Shown: one piece after another, positions 34,786-44,164 of the stretch | How the letters are laid out: every line of letters begins with the position of its first letter | How positions within the stretch are numbered: the stretch's first letter is position 1 | Origin: a virus | Taxonomy: Duplodnaviria > Caudoviricetes | Strand: one strand, 5' to 3' | Length of the DNA stretch: 52,741 bases | Virus record (IMG/VR): IMGVR_UViG_3300031825_000389 | Coordinates: 1-52,741 of that record | Translations under genes and position numbers: made by a program | Notes under the pieces: generated by a model | The model's input: the letters and a program-made list of their open reading frames with translations, nothing else | What the model was told of the DNA's origin: nothing | The model's database searches: none

Positions 34786-36060
34786 TCACGCCTGGATGAG
34801 GTGCTTGACGGCGGCGGTGTCGCCGAGCTCGCCATCGAAGCGGATCAGGCCGGCAATGCCGAGGTCCGGCCAGAAGCGCTCGCGCATGACGCCGATGACC
34901 GGCGAGCCGACCTTGCGGACGAAGAACTTGCCGAAGTCACCGAACAGCATGGTCTTGTTGCCGGTGGCGATGGACGCCATGGCCTGGTTGACGCTGTAGC
35001 GGTAGCCCAGCAGCGTGCCCGGCTGGCCGGTGGTCACGTCGCCCATCTGCCACAGATAATTGCCCTGGCCATCCTTGAGCTTGCGGATGGCGCCCAGGGT
35101 CGCATCGTTGAACATGAACCGCGCCTTCGGCGACTGGCGATAGGCCGGGTCCACCGAATGCAGGAGGTCGATGATCTCGTCAGAGGCGATGGCCGTCGCG
35201 GACGCAGCAGTCTTGCCAAGGGTAGACGCGGTGACGATGCCGTTCGGCGCCGAGGAGCCGGTGCCGGTGGTGAGCTGGCTGTTGGCGATGCGACCGAGGC
35301 GCTCACCCAGCAGGCTGGCGAGGAGCGTCTCGACGTTAAAGATGCTGTCCTGCGCCAGCTCGAATGACCAGCGCACGAACTGCGTGTCGAAGGGATAGGC
35401 ATCGAGCGACTTCTGACCGAAGGTCACATCCTTCGCACCGGTGTCGGTGAGCGCCGTGCCCTCGGTGTGCGCCACCGCAGTGACGCCGGTGTCGTCGGTC
35501 GTCGGGATCTTGATGGGATTGCCCGACGCGGTGTTGAGCGAGGTGCAGATATCCTCATCATACATCGGCCCCCACGCCTTCATGGTGACGATGAGCTTAG
35601 ACGACAGCTCAGTCGGAACGGTGTAGCCGCCCGCGGTCGAGGTGCCGGCCGACTGGGCACGGAATTCGGCCTGCGCCTTCACGTCGGCGCCGGCGCGCAG
35701 GATGGAGCGCTCTTCCGCCGAAAGCTCGGACGGATCGCCGCCCGCGCGGATCATGCGGTGGAACACCTCACGATAGGTCGGCGCCTCGCCCTCCTCCTGA
35801 CCGCGGGCCTCGCCGCCGTCGCGGGAGTGCGGACGCTGGCGGGCGCGGGCCTCCTCCTGCTTCTTCTCCAGGCCGGCGAGGTGCTCCTCGCGCTCGATCT
35901 GCTTGCCGATCCGATCATACTCGGCCATGGCGGTGTCGTGCTGGGTCTCCAGCTCCCTCGCGCGCGCCTCGTCCGCATTGTCGATCTGGCCGAGACGCTC
36001 ACGGGCCTCGGAAACGATGGTGGCCTGCTTCTCACGCAGTTCCTTGATGCGATTGGACAT
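34786..36060 (-). CDS. HK97-family major capsid protein
   Basis: Coiled-coil delta domain; AGGYTVP, LKDGQGNYLWQ, TLLGY and FGDF motifs. Confidence 0.96.
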   Translation of the reverse strand: MSNRIKELREKQATIVSEARERLGQIDNADEARARELETQHDTAMAEYDRIGKQIEREEHLAGLEKKQEEARARQRPHSRDGGEARGQEEGEAPTYREVFHRMIRAGGDPSELSAEERSILRAGADVKAQAEFRAQSAGTSTAGGYTVPTELSSKLIVTMKAWGPMYDEDICTSLNTASGNPIKIPTTDDTGVTAVAHTEGTALTDTGAKDVTFGQKSLDAYPFDTQFVRWSFELAQDSIFNVETLLASLLGERLGRIANSQLTTGTGSSAPNGIVTASTLGKTAASATAIASDEIIDLLHSVDPAYRQSPKARFMFNDATLGAIRKLKDGQGNYLWQMGDVTTGQPGTLLGYRYSVNQAMASIATGNKTMLFGDFGKFFVRKVGSPVIGVMRERFWPDLGIAGLIRFDGELGDTAAVKHLIQA

Positions 36061-36109
36061 CGCTCAGCTCCTCAAGATGTTCGGGGTGCTTGGGCGGAGG
36101 CCCGCGGCC

Positions 36110-36709
36110 TCAAGCCTTACTCCTCGCCCGCACCTGCAGGTCGAGGGTGACTTTCATTCCGACGCGGCGGGCGGCGGCGGTGAAATTGTGCTGGCGCCGC
36201 TCCTGCCGCGCGGCCTCAAGGCTGCGCAGCGCGACGGACGTGCCGTCGTAGGCCGGCTCGGAAACAATGGAGACTTCGTGCAGTTCCACCGCGAGGATGG
36301 TGCGGAGCGGAACCTTGGTGGTCTCGTCCCATTCTTCGCGCGTGGCACGGAACCGGAACGACATGCCGGTCACGTCGCCGCGGCGGATCAGCTCCTGCAC
36401 GTCGTTGCCATCGCTGGTGGCGGGAAGATCGACTTCGACGGCGAGGCCCTTGCTGTCTTCCTTGAGCCGCAGGGTGCCGGCGGTGGAGCGTCCAAGCACC
36501 CGCCCGGTGTCGTGGTCGAAATAGGCGCGTACGTCCGCCGTCTTCAGCGTCTCGGTGAAGGCGCCCGGCGCGATCTTCTCCCGGAAGAAGCCGCCCACGT
36601 CGGCCTCCTGATCGAACACCGCCGCGTATCCGGCCACAATGCGGCCCGAGCCTTCGGCGCGGAATTCGACCGGGGCGACAAGCGCGCGCTTCTCAGGACT
36701 GTCCGCCAT
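36110..36709 (-). CDS. HK97-family prohead protease
   Basis: GYAAVF..EKIAPGAF..DHD..LGRS..GMSFRF..EVSIVSEPAY. Confidence 0.95.
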   Translation of the reverse strand: MADSPEKRALVAPVEFRAEGSGRIVAGYAAVFDQEADVGGFFREKIAPGAFTETLKTADVRAYFDHDTGRVLGRSTAGTLRLKEDSKGLAVEVDLPATSDGNDVQELIRRGDVTGMSFRFRATREEWDETTKVPLRTILAVELHEVSIVSEPAYDGTSVALRSLEAARQERRQHNFTAAARRVGMKVTLDLQVRARSKA

Positions 36710-37934
36710 CACCTTGTCCCCCTCCTGATTGCGGATCATCCTGCGCCTGGCTGTCATTGGCGCCGCTGGAGCCGCCGGGAAGAACGTTCGTGCCCAGCGG
36801 GACCGTCGCACCTTGGATCATCAGCTTGTCGCCATCCGGCAGGGCGGGAAGATCCTCCAGCGCCCGAACCTCGTTCGGCGTGCGCACCGCGTTCTGGATC
36901 GAGGTGGCGTAGCCGGTCATGCGAGAGGCGAAATCACCGCGCAGCAGGCCGTCCAGATTGTGCTTCACGTACCGGCCGTTGTTCATCCGGCCAAAGACCT
37001 TCAGGTTCATCTCACCTTCGAGCGCCGCGGCCCACTGGCCAATCAGGTGCTTCACCAGGTGCAGATCCTGCTGCTCCGCGTTCGAGAACGTCGCGCGGGT
37101 GAGATCCTGCAGGAATACCGGCGGAAGCTGGTAGGCGCGGGCGATCTCCTCCACCTGGAAGCGCCGCGCGTCCACCATCTGTCCCTTGGCCGGGTCGAAT
37201 CCGACCGGCTTCAATTCGTGGCCCGGCGGCAACGGGAAGAGCGGCTTTTCGCTGCTCTTCGCCGCGTCGATGGCGCGATGCACATCCGTCAGCGCCCGCT
37301 TCATCCCATCCGCGCCCTGCGGAAGCGGACCTGTCAGAGCGAGGGGCGGAACGCCGCCCCCGGCGAAAAACTTGCTGCCATAGTCGTTCATGGCGATGGC
37401 GAGCTGGACCGCCTTGCCCGCCATGGCGATCGGCCCGTAATGCTTCAGGCCGCACGAGCGCAGCATGAACGGCACGTCGATCACGTCGGCCGCGGGATAT
37501 TCCTTGTTCTCGAACTGGTAGACCGTCCGCCCGCCCGAACGCTTGATGGTCGTTTTGCGCGGGTCCATGGGCCACAGGGCTTCAACGCTCTGTCCGTTCC
37601 GCTCGATCCAGGCTAGACCCCGGCCGCCGGTGAACACCTGCTGCCAGAACCATTGCCGGAACTTGAAGGCGTCCATCTCCGGATTCGGGTTCTCGTGCAC
37701 GACGATGGCGAGCTTGCCTGTGAGCTTTTCCGGCCCGGCTTTCGACCGCCGATACGGGTGCAGCGGGATCGCCGCCAGCGTGCGCGACAAGAACGCCACC
37801 GCCGCCCACACCGCCGGCACGGACAGCGCCGAGTCGATGGTGACGTTCGGCAGGTTCGCCGAGCTCACCCCGAAGAACGCGAGGAAGTTCTCGGCGCTCA
37901 CCGGGATGGTGGGGTTTTCGATGGTCTCGCTCAT
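36693..37934 (-). CDS. HK97-family portal protein
   Basis: VPAVWAAV..PNPEM..EIARAYQLPP..FSNAEQQ..TPNEVRALEDLP. Confidence 0.95.
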   Translation of the reverse strand: MSETIENPTIPVSAENFLAFFGVSSANLPNVTIDSALSVPAVWAAVAFLSRTLAAIPLHPYRRSKAGPEKLTGKLAIVVHENPNPEMDAFKFRQWFWQQVFTGGRGLAWIERNGQSVEALWPMDPRKTTIKRSGGRTVYQFENKEYPAADVIDVPFMLRSCGLKHYGPIAMAGKAVQLAIAMNDYGSKFFAGGGVPPLALTGPLPQGADGMKRALTDVHRAIDAAKSSEKPLFPLPPGHELKPVGFDPAKGQMVDARRFQVEEIARAYQLPPVFLQDLTRATFSNAEQQDLHLVKHLIGQWAAALEGEMNLKVFGRMNNGRYVKHNLDGLLRGDFASRMTGYATSIQNAVRTPNEVRALEDLPALPDGDKLMIQGATVPLGTNVLPGGSSGANDSQAQDDPQSGGGQGDGGQS

Positions 37935-39772
37935 GCACCCACCAGCGTGAATTCCGGGTCGTCCCAGGGCGAGGTCGCGGGCGGTGGCTCCTGCATGGCC
38001 GTATCCGCCGCGCCGACACCCATCGCCAGCGTCACAATTCCGTCGATGCGCCCTCGCGAACGCTTCTTGTCGAATGCCCGGTTCTTCATGCCGTCCGCGA
38101 TCAGCAACGCGTTCCCGGCGCACCAATAGGTAACGGGCGAGGCCTCCACGACGATCTCACCCTTCAGGATGCGGTCTTCCAGGCGCTCCACCGAGCGCGG
38201 CATGCACAGCTGCCGGTCTTCGAAAATCACGCGCGTGCCCTGCGCATGCGCCACCAGCTTCAGCCCAATGCCCTCTGGCTCGCTCGGCCCCTTGAACCGC
38301 CAAGCCGAGAATCCGATCGTCTCGCACGCCGCCATGAAATCGGCCATGCCGGCCGTGTCGAAGGCGAGAAACTGAACCTCATGCGCGGCGTAGATTTCGG
38401 CCACCTTCGCGGCGACGAAGGTCTTATCGATGGTGGCGCCGGGAACGGCCTCAAGCCACCCCTCATCCACCCATTGCTCATAGGGCGCCTGATCCGCCCT
38501 GCCGCGATCGGCGAGCCCGGCCCGCGTCGTCCAGTACCAGGTCTTGGCGTAGAGCTTGCCGCCCTTCAGCCACACCGCCGTCAAGGCGGTAAGGTCGTTC
38601 TTCTGCGACAGGTCGAGGGACAGCCAGCACGGGCACCCTCGCATGTCGTCGATATCGAACTCACCTTGAACCGCCGCCCACGCCTCCTCGGCGATCCAAA
38701 AGTCGGTCGACCCGATGGGGATCCCGAAATAGAGCCGCTTCACCGACATGGCGGTGGAGAGCAGCACCTTTGCCGTCGCCACCTCGCCACGGATGTTCTC
38801 CACCGGGAAGGTGATGCCCAGCGCGGGGAGAGCCTTCGGCCAGGCCTTTTCGTTCTCGAAGATCGACTCGCGGTCGGCCTTGTCCACCCGGGCGATGAAC
38901 GCGAAGGCCTGATCGTCCTTCACCTCGCCGCGTGCCACCTTCTGGAAAAACTCGCTGAATGCCGTGCCCACCGGCTGGGTGCTCGCTGGCGTGTTCGTGC
39001 CGAGCATCATCAGCGCGTCGCCCGGCATCTTCGCAATGGCGCGCTGCCAGGTCTCGATCGCGTCCGCCGACTTGAACTCGTGGATTTCGTCCGCCGCCAC
39101 CAGCGTCGGCCGGGGGCCTGAGATGGCCTCGCCGTTCGCCAGCGCCTGAAACTTTGAGCTGGTGGCCGGGTGCTCGATCTTCCAGGCGTTGTCGCCCTCG
39201 CCGCGGATCAGCACATCTCCGCGGCTCTCCAGCGTCTCCCGCAGTTCGTCCGGTTCATCATCCTGGCCCGGGATGGCGTGCCGGCACATGGCCACAGCAT
39301 CCGCGAACAGCACGTTCGCTGTGCGGCGGTCCTGCCCGATGGAATAGACCTCCGAGCGCTGGATGCCGTACCAGCCCATCATGTACAAGCCGATGGCCGC
39401 CATGAACGGGCTCTTCGCCTGCCCCTTCCCCGTCTCCAGCCAAGCTCTGCGGAACCGCATGCGCCCGCTATCGAGCCGCCAGCCGAACAGCGACCCGGCG
39501 CAGAATACTTGCCACGGCAGCGGATGAAACGGCTGGCCAGCCTTGGCGCCCGCCGTGATCGGCAGCACCGCCGGCAAGAACCGCAGGACGTGGCCGGCCA
39601 TCTCCGGGCGCCAGTGCAGATCCTTGCCGCTCCGGTCTACGATGTCCTTCAGGTGGCGTTCAGCAGCTGCCGCGACGATCTCCCCGACGACGACTCGCCC
39701 CTCTACCGCGTCCCGGGCCCACCGGGTCGTGGGATCATCGGGCAGCTTTGCCGAGGAATTCGTCCGACGCAC
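37931..39772 (-). CDS. terL: Terminase large subunit
   Basis: Walker A GKGQAKS, Walker B AADEIHE, nuclease LDLSQKNDLTA and RIDG; start (GTG 39772) uncertain. Confidence 0.93.
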   Translation of the reverse strand: MRRTNSSAKLPDDPTTRWARDAVEGRVVVGEIVAAAAERHLKDIVDRSGKDLHWRPEMAGHVLRFLPAVLPITAGAKAGQPFHPLPWQVFCAGSLFGWRLDSGRMRFRRAWLETGKGQAKSPFMAAIGLYMMGWYGIQRSEVYSIGQDRRTANVLFADAVAMCRHAIPGQDDEPDELRETLESRGDVLIRGEGDNAWKIEHPATSSKFQALANGEAISGPRPTLVAADEIHEFKSADAIETWQRAIAKMPGDALMMLGTNTPASTQPVGTAFSEFFQKVARGEVKDDQAFAFIARVDKADRESIFENEKAWPKALPALGITFPVENIRGEVATAKVLLSTAMSVKRLYFGIPIGSTDFWIAEEAWAAVQGEFDIDDMRGCPCWLSLDLSQKNDLTALTAVWLKGGKLYAKTWYWTTRAGLADRGRADQAPYEQWVDEGWLEAVPGATIDKTFVAAKVAEIYAAHEVQFLAFDTAGMADFMAACETIGFSAWRFKGPSEPEGIGLKLVAHAQGTRVIFEDRQLCMPRSVERLEDRILKGEIVVEASPVTYWCAGNALLIADGMKNRAFDKKRSRGRIDGIVTLAMGVGAADTAMQEPPPATSPWDDPEFTLVGA

Positions 39773-40169
39773 GGGCCGCCCTCGCCTTCTTCTCCACCTT
39801 CGCAGCCGCCGCGCGTCGGCGGGGCGCAAGCCCCAACTCCGCCTCAAGGGTCGCGGCGTCCGCCCCCGCTTCGCGCATGGCCGTGAAGTGCGGGTTGAGC
39901 CGGGCAATGGCCTTCGCGTTGCCACGCTTCGGCTTCGTCACTGCCCCCTGGTCCGCCACGATCCGCGACGAGCGGTCATAGATCACGTAGGCGAGCACAA
40001 GGCGCTGGATCGCGTGCCGGTTCGCCGGCGCCAGCAAGCTGCGCTCCCGCATCTCGGTGGTGACGGCCCGCCAGTATTCCGCGGCCGCCTCGATCTCGAT
40101 TTCGTCGGTGAGCAGCATTTGCCAATGCGGCTCGGCGATGATTAGCCCGGTGCCTTCCACGACGTTCAT
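39735..40169 (-). CDS. terS: Terminase small subunit (P27-like)
   Basis: NPHF..EAELGLAPRRR motif; upstream of terL. Confidence 0.88.
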   Translation of the reverse strand: MNVVEGTGLIIAEPHWQMLLTDEIEIEAAAEYWRAVTTEMRERSLLAPANRHAIQRLVLAYVIYDRSSRIVADQGAVTKPKRGNAKAIARLNPHFTAMREAGADAATLEAELGLAPRRRAAAAKVEKKARAARASDEFLGKAAR

Positions 40170-40219
40170 GCCAGATCAGAGCTACGCTCTGCCCTCAACT
40201 TTTGGGTCTGTGACTGCTC

Positions 40220-40295
40220 TCGGTGCGAACGGAGGGACCCCGCCGGTGCTGGGGCCGAGACCCATGGACTTTTTACCCACCCCCACCCCCACGAA
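40220..40295 (-). other. Putative cos/packaging region
   Basis: Minus-strand GGGGGTGGGGGTGGGTAAAAAGTCC..ACCGGCGGGGTCCCTCCG between HNH and terS, the usual cos position in HK97-like phages. Confidence 0.5.
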
Positions 40296-40348
40296 GAGGT
40301 CGAAAAATTGCAGAGATAGGCGCCTTCCCTTGCAAGGGAAGCTCACAA

Positions 40349-40741
40349 TTATCTTGCGCGGTTCCATGGGTGCTGCGGGTCCCGTGGTCGGCCATCCGCA
40401 TCACAGCCCTTCACGTAGCCGAGGCGCTCCTCGCTCTGCTTGGCCGATGCATGGCAGGAGGCACACAGGGATTGGAAGGGCCCGTTCCAGAACCTCTCCG
40501 GGTCTCCACAATGCGGCGTGACGTGATCGCATTGGGTCGCCGCTGTCACCCTCCCCAGATCATCACACGCCCGGCACAGAGGATGCGTGACGAGCTGGGC
40601 CTTTGCGATCCGGCGCCAGCGTGCCGTCCAGTACCATCGACGCCAGGGCTGGTCCTCGGTGCGGCGCCTGTCGTGGTCTCTATTCGCCTCTCGCCGTGTG
40701 CGTTGGCCCGCAGGGCGATGAAGCGATGGGCGCATGGGCAT
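40349..40741 (-). CDS. HNH endonuclease (packaging-associated)
   Basis: PLCRAC..ATQCDHVTPHCGD..FQSLCASCH..K. Confidence 0.9.
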   Translation of the reverse strand: MPMRPSLHRPAGQRTRREANRDHDRRRTEDQPWRRWYWTARWRRIAKAQLVTHPLCRACDDLGRVTAATQCDHVTPHCGDPERFWNGPFQSLCASCHASAKQSEERLGYVKGCDADGRPRDPQHPWNRAR

Positions 40742-40843
40742 CAGGCCTCTGCCGGCACGGGCCCGGACTTCCCGGCCAACAGACGACGGCCGGCCTCTGC
40801 CAGCCACGCACGGAAGCGGGACATGTCGGTTCCTATCATTCAA

Positions 40844-40892
40844 ATTGTACATACAATATGATTGACCTTGGCGCGGCAGTCGTATATACAAT
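40844..40892 (+). promoter_or_regulatory. brnTA promoter with TTGTA-N2-TACAA operator palindromes
   Basis: ATTGTACATACAAT (40844), -35 TTGACC (40862), TCGTATATACAA (40880) over the -10. Confidence 0.65.
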
Positions 40893-40897
40893 TTGCC

Positions 40898-41146
40898 ATG
40901 ATCATCACTTGGGACGAACCGAAGCGCCTCGCGAACCTTGCCAAGCACGGCATGGATTTCGCGGACCTCGACCTTGGGTTCTTCCTCTCGTCTCTCGTGA
41001 TCCCGGCGAAGCTGGGCAGGCACATGGCCATCGGCCGGAACGCCAACGGGACGATCGTCGTGGTGTTCGCCACGCTCGGCACCGAAGGCGTCTCGATCAT
41101 CAGCATGCGCCCCGCCAGCGCCAAGGAACGGAGGCTTCTCGGATGA
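40898..41146 (+). CDS. brnT: BrnT-family toxin
   Basis: ITWDEPKRLANLAKHGMDFAD..SIISMRPASAKERR. Confidence 0.92.
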   Translation: MIITWDEPKRLANLAKHGMDFADLDLGFFLSSLVIPAKLGRHMAIGRNANGTIVVVFATLGTEGVSIISMRPASAKERRLLG

Positions 41147-41445
41147 CGAAGCGCAAGGCGAATGAATTCGAGCCCGGGAAGGGCTACACCAAGGCGGATT
41201 GGGACGCAGTGTCCGACAGCCCGGAAATCACTCCCGCCAACATGAAGAAGGCCAAGCCGTTCGCGGACGCCTTCCCTGCCCTCGCCGAAAAGGCTCGACA
41301 GGCACGCGGCCCCCAGAAGACGCCCACCAAGGTGCCCGTCTCCATCCGGCTGAGCCCCGAGGTGGTAGAGCACTTCAAGGCAGGCGGGCCAGGGTGGCAG
41401 GCCAGGATAGATGAAGCGCTGCGCAAGGTGGTGGGCGGTCGGTGA
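41143..41445 (+). CDS. brnA: BrnA-family antitoxin
   Basis: RGPQKTPTKVPVSIRLSPEVVEHFKAGGPGWQARIDEALRK; ATGA overlap with brnT. Confidence 0.92.
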   Translation: MTKRKANEFEPGKGYTKADWDAVSDSPEITPANMKKAKPFADAFPALAEKARQARGPQKTPTKVPVSIRLSPEVVEHFKAGGPGWQARIDEALRKVVGGR

Positions 41446-41448
41446 AGG

Positions 41449-41673
41449 TCACTTCCGAAGCAGGTCGGCGGTCGGCTCGGCAACGTAATGCTTGCCGTCC
41501 TTGTCGGACTTCCAGGGATCGCCAAACCTAAGAGCGTGCGGCGGCTCGGAACCAAGAGCTAATGCCGCGTTGACGGCGCGGCGCTCCCGGCGATGCTCCG
41601 CCACCTTGAATGGCTTGTCGCTCTCAGCCGTCGTGATGCCGACGATCGGCGTCTTTCTTCGGGACCGGCTCAT
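41449..41673 (-). CDS. Small basic conserved hypothetical protein
   Basis: MSRSRRKTPIVGITTAESDK..HRRERR..DPW..KDGK. Confidence 0.7.
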   Translation of the reverse strand: MSRSRRKTPIVGITTAESDKPFKVAEHRRERRAVNAALALGSEPPHALRFGDPWKSDKDGKHYVAEPTADLLRK

Positions 41674-42108
41674 GATCGCGCACCCTGAACATCAACTCCT
41701 CTGAAACGCAAAACCCCCGCCGAAGCGAGGGTTTCAGGTTCAGGGCGCAAATCGCCGAATGACGCGATGAGGCCATATGAAAGGGCCCTTGTCAACAATC
41801 GGTTGGCGCGATTTCCCCACGCTCGGCCGCGCGCAAAATCCGGTTCGCGCTCAGATAGCTCCGCGCATACACCCGATTGGAGGCCAACATCTGAGCCGTG
41901 GTGATCGCCACCGTTCCCGTCAGGCTTCGTTCCTCAGCCGTCATTCCGCGGCGCCGAATGAACCGATCCTGCTGCCGGATCTCCAACAGCCGTTGCTGAT
42001 TGGCCTTTTTCGTGTGAGCAATATTGTCCATCGCAATTTCTCCTGCCGCCTCTATGTCCCGCGGCCGAAGGATGGTCAGGGGACATTGGGGCGGCATGAT
42101 GATCGTTC

Positions 42109-43119
42109 CTATTTCACCGCTCCCGGCACGTGCATCAGCTTGTCCACCGCCCGTGCCGGCCGGACCAGATGGTGCACCACCTGCGGCCCTGTGATGCTGA
42201 TCGGCCCATCTCCACCGGTGCCCGTGATCCGGTGGCGGCACCGCCCCTCCGCGATCAGCCCCCAACGGTCCACCAGCTGGTCAAGCGCCTCGATCAACCG
42301 GCCGGTGACATAGCCCTGCGCCCGCTTGTCCTGAAGGTGCGGGTATCGCCTGGCCATGACATCCAGGGTCACGCCCTCGCCCACCACGTCGATCAGCAGT
42401 GCCGCGGCGACGCCCCCGACGCTCCGGTTGGTGGCGGCAAGCTCGCGCGCAGCCTCCAGCATGCTGTCGCTGAAGGCGTCGCCCGCGCCGCCGCCGTCCA
42501 ACTTCTCCTTCAGCGGATCCATGGCACGCAGCGGGCCGAGCTGGGCGCGCTCATAGAGATCCCGGTATCGATCCGCAGCGTCCTTCTGCGCGCCGTCGAT
42601 CCGCTTCCGAGCCGCCATGTGCTCGATCGGGCTCTCCCGCATGTTGCAGGGCACCGAGATGCGTGCGCCGGGCTCCCACGGGTCCGGGACCTCCTTGCGG
42701 CCGCGCTGCACCTTCCCGTCTTCGCCCGCCGCCTTCAGCCCCTTGCGCTGGCGCTTCACCTCATCGAGCTGCTCTCGCTTGCGTTCCGCGCCCCACCGGG
42801 CCTGCACGGCCGGCGCAGCGGCGGCGACACGCTCCGCCAGCTTCACCCCGCCGCGGATGGAGCGCTGCACCGCCTGCTCCCGCTTCAGCGCCTTGGGAAG
42901 GCCCTCGCGCAGGTGCACGAGGCGCCCCTCGGCTGCGGCCAGCCGATCCTTCAGCCGCTCCAGCTTGTCCAGGATGGACACCACCCGATTGTGGTCCCCC
43001 TTGTCCGCAGCGCGCAGCTTGTCCGTTTCGGCGGCGGCGATGGACTTGCGCCAGCGGGCCACCGCGCCCTCGGCGGCGGCGAGGCGGGCCCGGGCGTCCA
43101 GCTTCGGTTTCGTCGTCAT
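42109..43119 (-). CDS. Phage protein, putative late-transcription regulator (DUF6456-like C-terminus)
   Basis: NMRESPIEHMAARKRID.AQ..AADRYR..LIDVVGEG..L..ALD; occupies the Q-gene position. Confidence 0.65.
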   Translation of the reverse strand: MTTKPKLDARARLAAAEGAVARWRKSIAAAETDKLRAADKGDHNRVVSILDKLERLKDRLAAAEGRLVHLREGLPKALKREQAVQRSIRGGVKLAERVAAAAPAVQARWGAERKREQLDEVKRQRKGLKAAGEDGKVQRGRKEVPDPWEPGARISVPCNMRESPIEHMAARKRIDGAQKDAADRYRDLYERAQLGPLRAMDPLKEKLDGGGAGDAFSDSMLEAARELAATNRSVGGVAAALLIDVVGEGVTLDVMARRYPHLQDKRAQGYVTGRLIEALDQLVDRWGLIAEGRCRHRITGTGGDGPISITGPQVVHHLVRPARAVDKLMHVPGAVK

Positions 43120-44162
43120 GCGGCCTCCGCGCGGCGCTTTTGCCATTCGTCAGTGATGGTTCGGGGGAGCTGGCAGGACGCATCGCCGGGCGGGAAGCCC
43201 CATGCCGTCATGGACCACTTGCCGGCCATCCAAATCTCAAACAGGCTCTCGGGGTCAGGGAAACCGCTTGGCCAGCCAAGGGGACGTGCTGGCGGCCCTC
43301 CGACTGAGGATGGCCCCACCGAGCCAGGCGGCGGGTGGTATCCCTTCCGCTCCGCGATTTGCCGGCACCGGTTGCGCCACGTGGCCGACCAATCGAGCTT
43401 GGCGCCCTTCTCGCTCCCCACCCCGGCCCAGTAATCCACGAACTCCGCGCCATGCCGGGCGATGTCGGCCGCCGGGATGCCCACCGACACGGCGAAAGCT
43501 CGGTCGGTGTCGTCCGGCTTCCAGGCTGGATCGATCCTCGTGGCCCGCTTCTTCGGCTTGGCGGCCCTGGCCGGCGAAGGTGGCTCGGCCCCGACCTCCG
43601 AATCGACCTCTGGCCGCGGGACGGCGTTGCCGTCCTGTCTAACCTCTTTTCTTTCTTCCCTCCTCCATCCTCCATCCTCCATCTGCGGAGGAATTTCCCC
43701 ACCGGTTCCGAACTTGTTCCCCACCGGTTCCCCACTCGTCGGTACCGGGCCTGCATCATCGGCGTTTAGTTCCCCACCGGTTCCGAACTCGTTCCCCACC
43801 GTGGCATCCGTGAGACCGACGTATTTGCGAACCAGTTCCGGCTTGGGGTGGATCGCCTTCGGCTTCTTTGGGCGCTGCCACCGAGTGAAGTTCCGAACCG
43901 CTCCATAGCTGCGACCATCAACCTCGAACCGCATGAGAAACCGGTTATCCACCAGGGCGGCCATAAGCGGATCGATTGAGGCGCTGATGGCCGGCAGAAT
44001 GCGGGCCTTCAGGGTGAGCGGCTTCCATTCGAAGACGCCTTCGTCGTCCGCCTCGGTCCAAATGCCGATCAGGAGCACCGCAGCGAGCGGGGCTTCCACG
44101 GTCAGCACCATGAAGTTCTCATCAGAGAAGAGGCCGGGATGAGCCGAGCGGATGCGCGACAT
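43116..44162 (-). CDS. Phage replication initiator (O-like)
   Basis: MSRIRSAHP..IGIWTEADDEG..NFTRWQRP; C-terminal FVDYW..KLDWSATWRN; internal iterons. Confidence 0.8.
   Translation of the reverse strand: MSRIRSAHPGLFSDENFMVLTVEAPLAAVLLIGIWTEADDEGVFEWKPLTLKARILPAISASIDPLMAALVDNRFLMRFEVDGRSYGAVRNFTRWQRPKKPKAIHPKPELVRKYVGLTDATVGNEFGTGGELNADDAGPVPTSGEPVGNKFGTGGEIPPQMEDGGWRREERKEVRQDGNAVPRPEVDSEVGAEPPSPARAAKPKKRATRIDPAWKPDDTDRAFAVSVGIPAADIARHGAEFVDYWAGVGSEKGAKLDWSATWRNRCRQIAERKGYHPPPGSVGPSSVGGPPARPLGWPSGFPDPESLFEIWMAGKWSMTAWGFPPGDASCQLPRTITDEWQKRRAEAA
43695..43800. repeat. Iterons/origin within the initiator gene
   Basis: TTCCCCACCGGTTCCGAACTyGTTCCCCACC twice (43695, 43770); TTCCCCAC five times. 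Confidence 0.75.
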
Positions 44163-44164
44163 TG

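Noticed and set aside
41792-42265. ORF between the late regulator and the small basic protein
   Set aside because: Overlaps 42109..43119, start ambiguous and no motif; a shorter gene is possible but unsupported.
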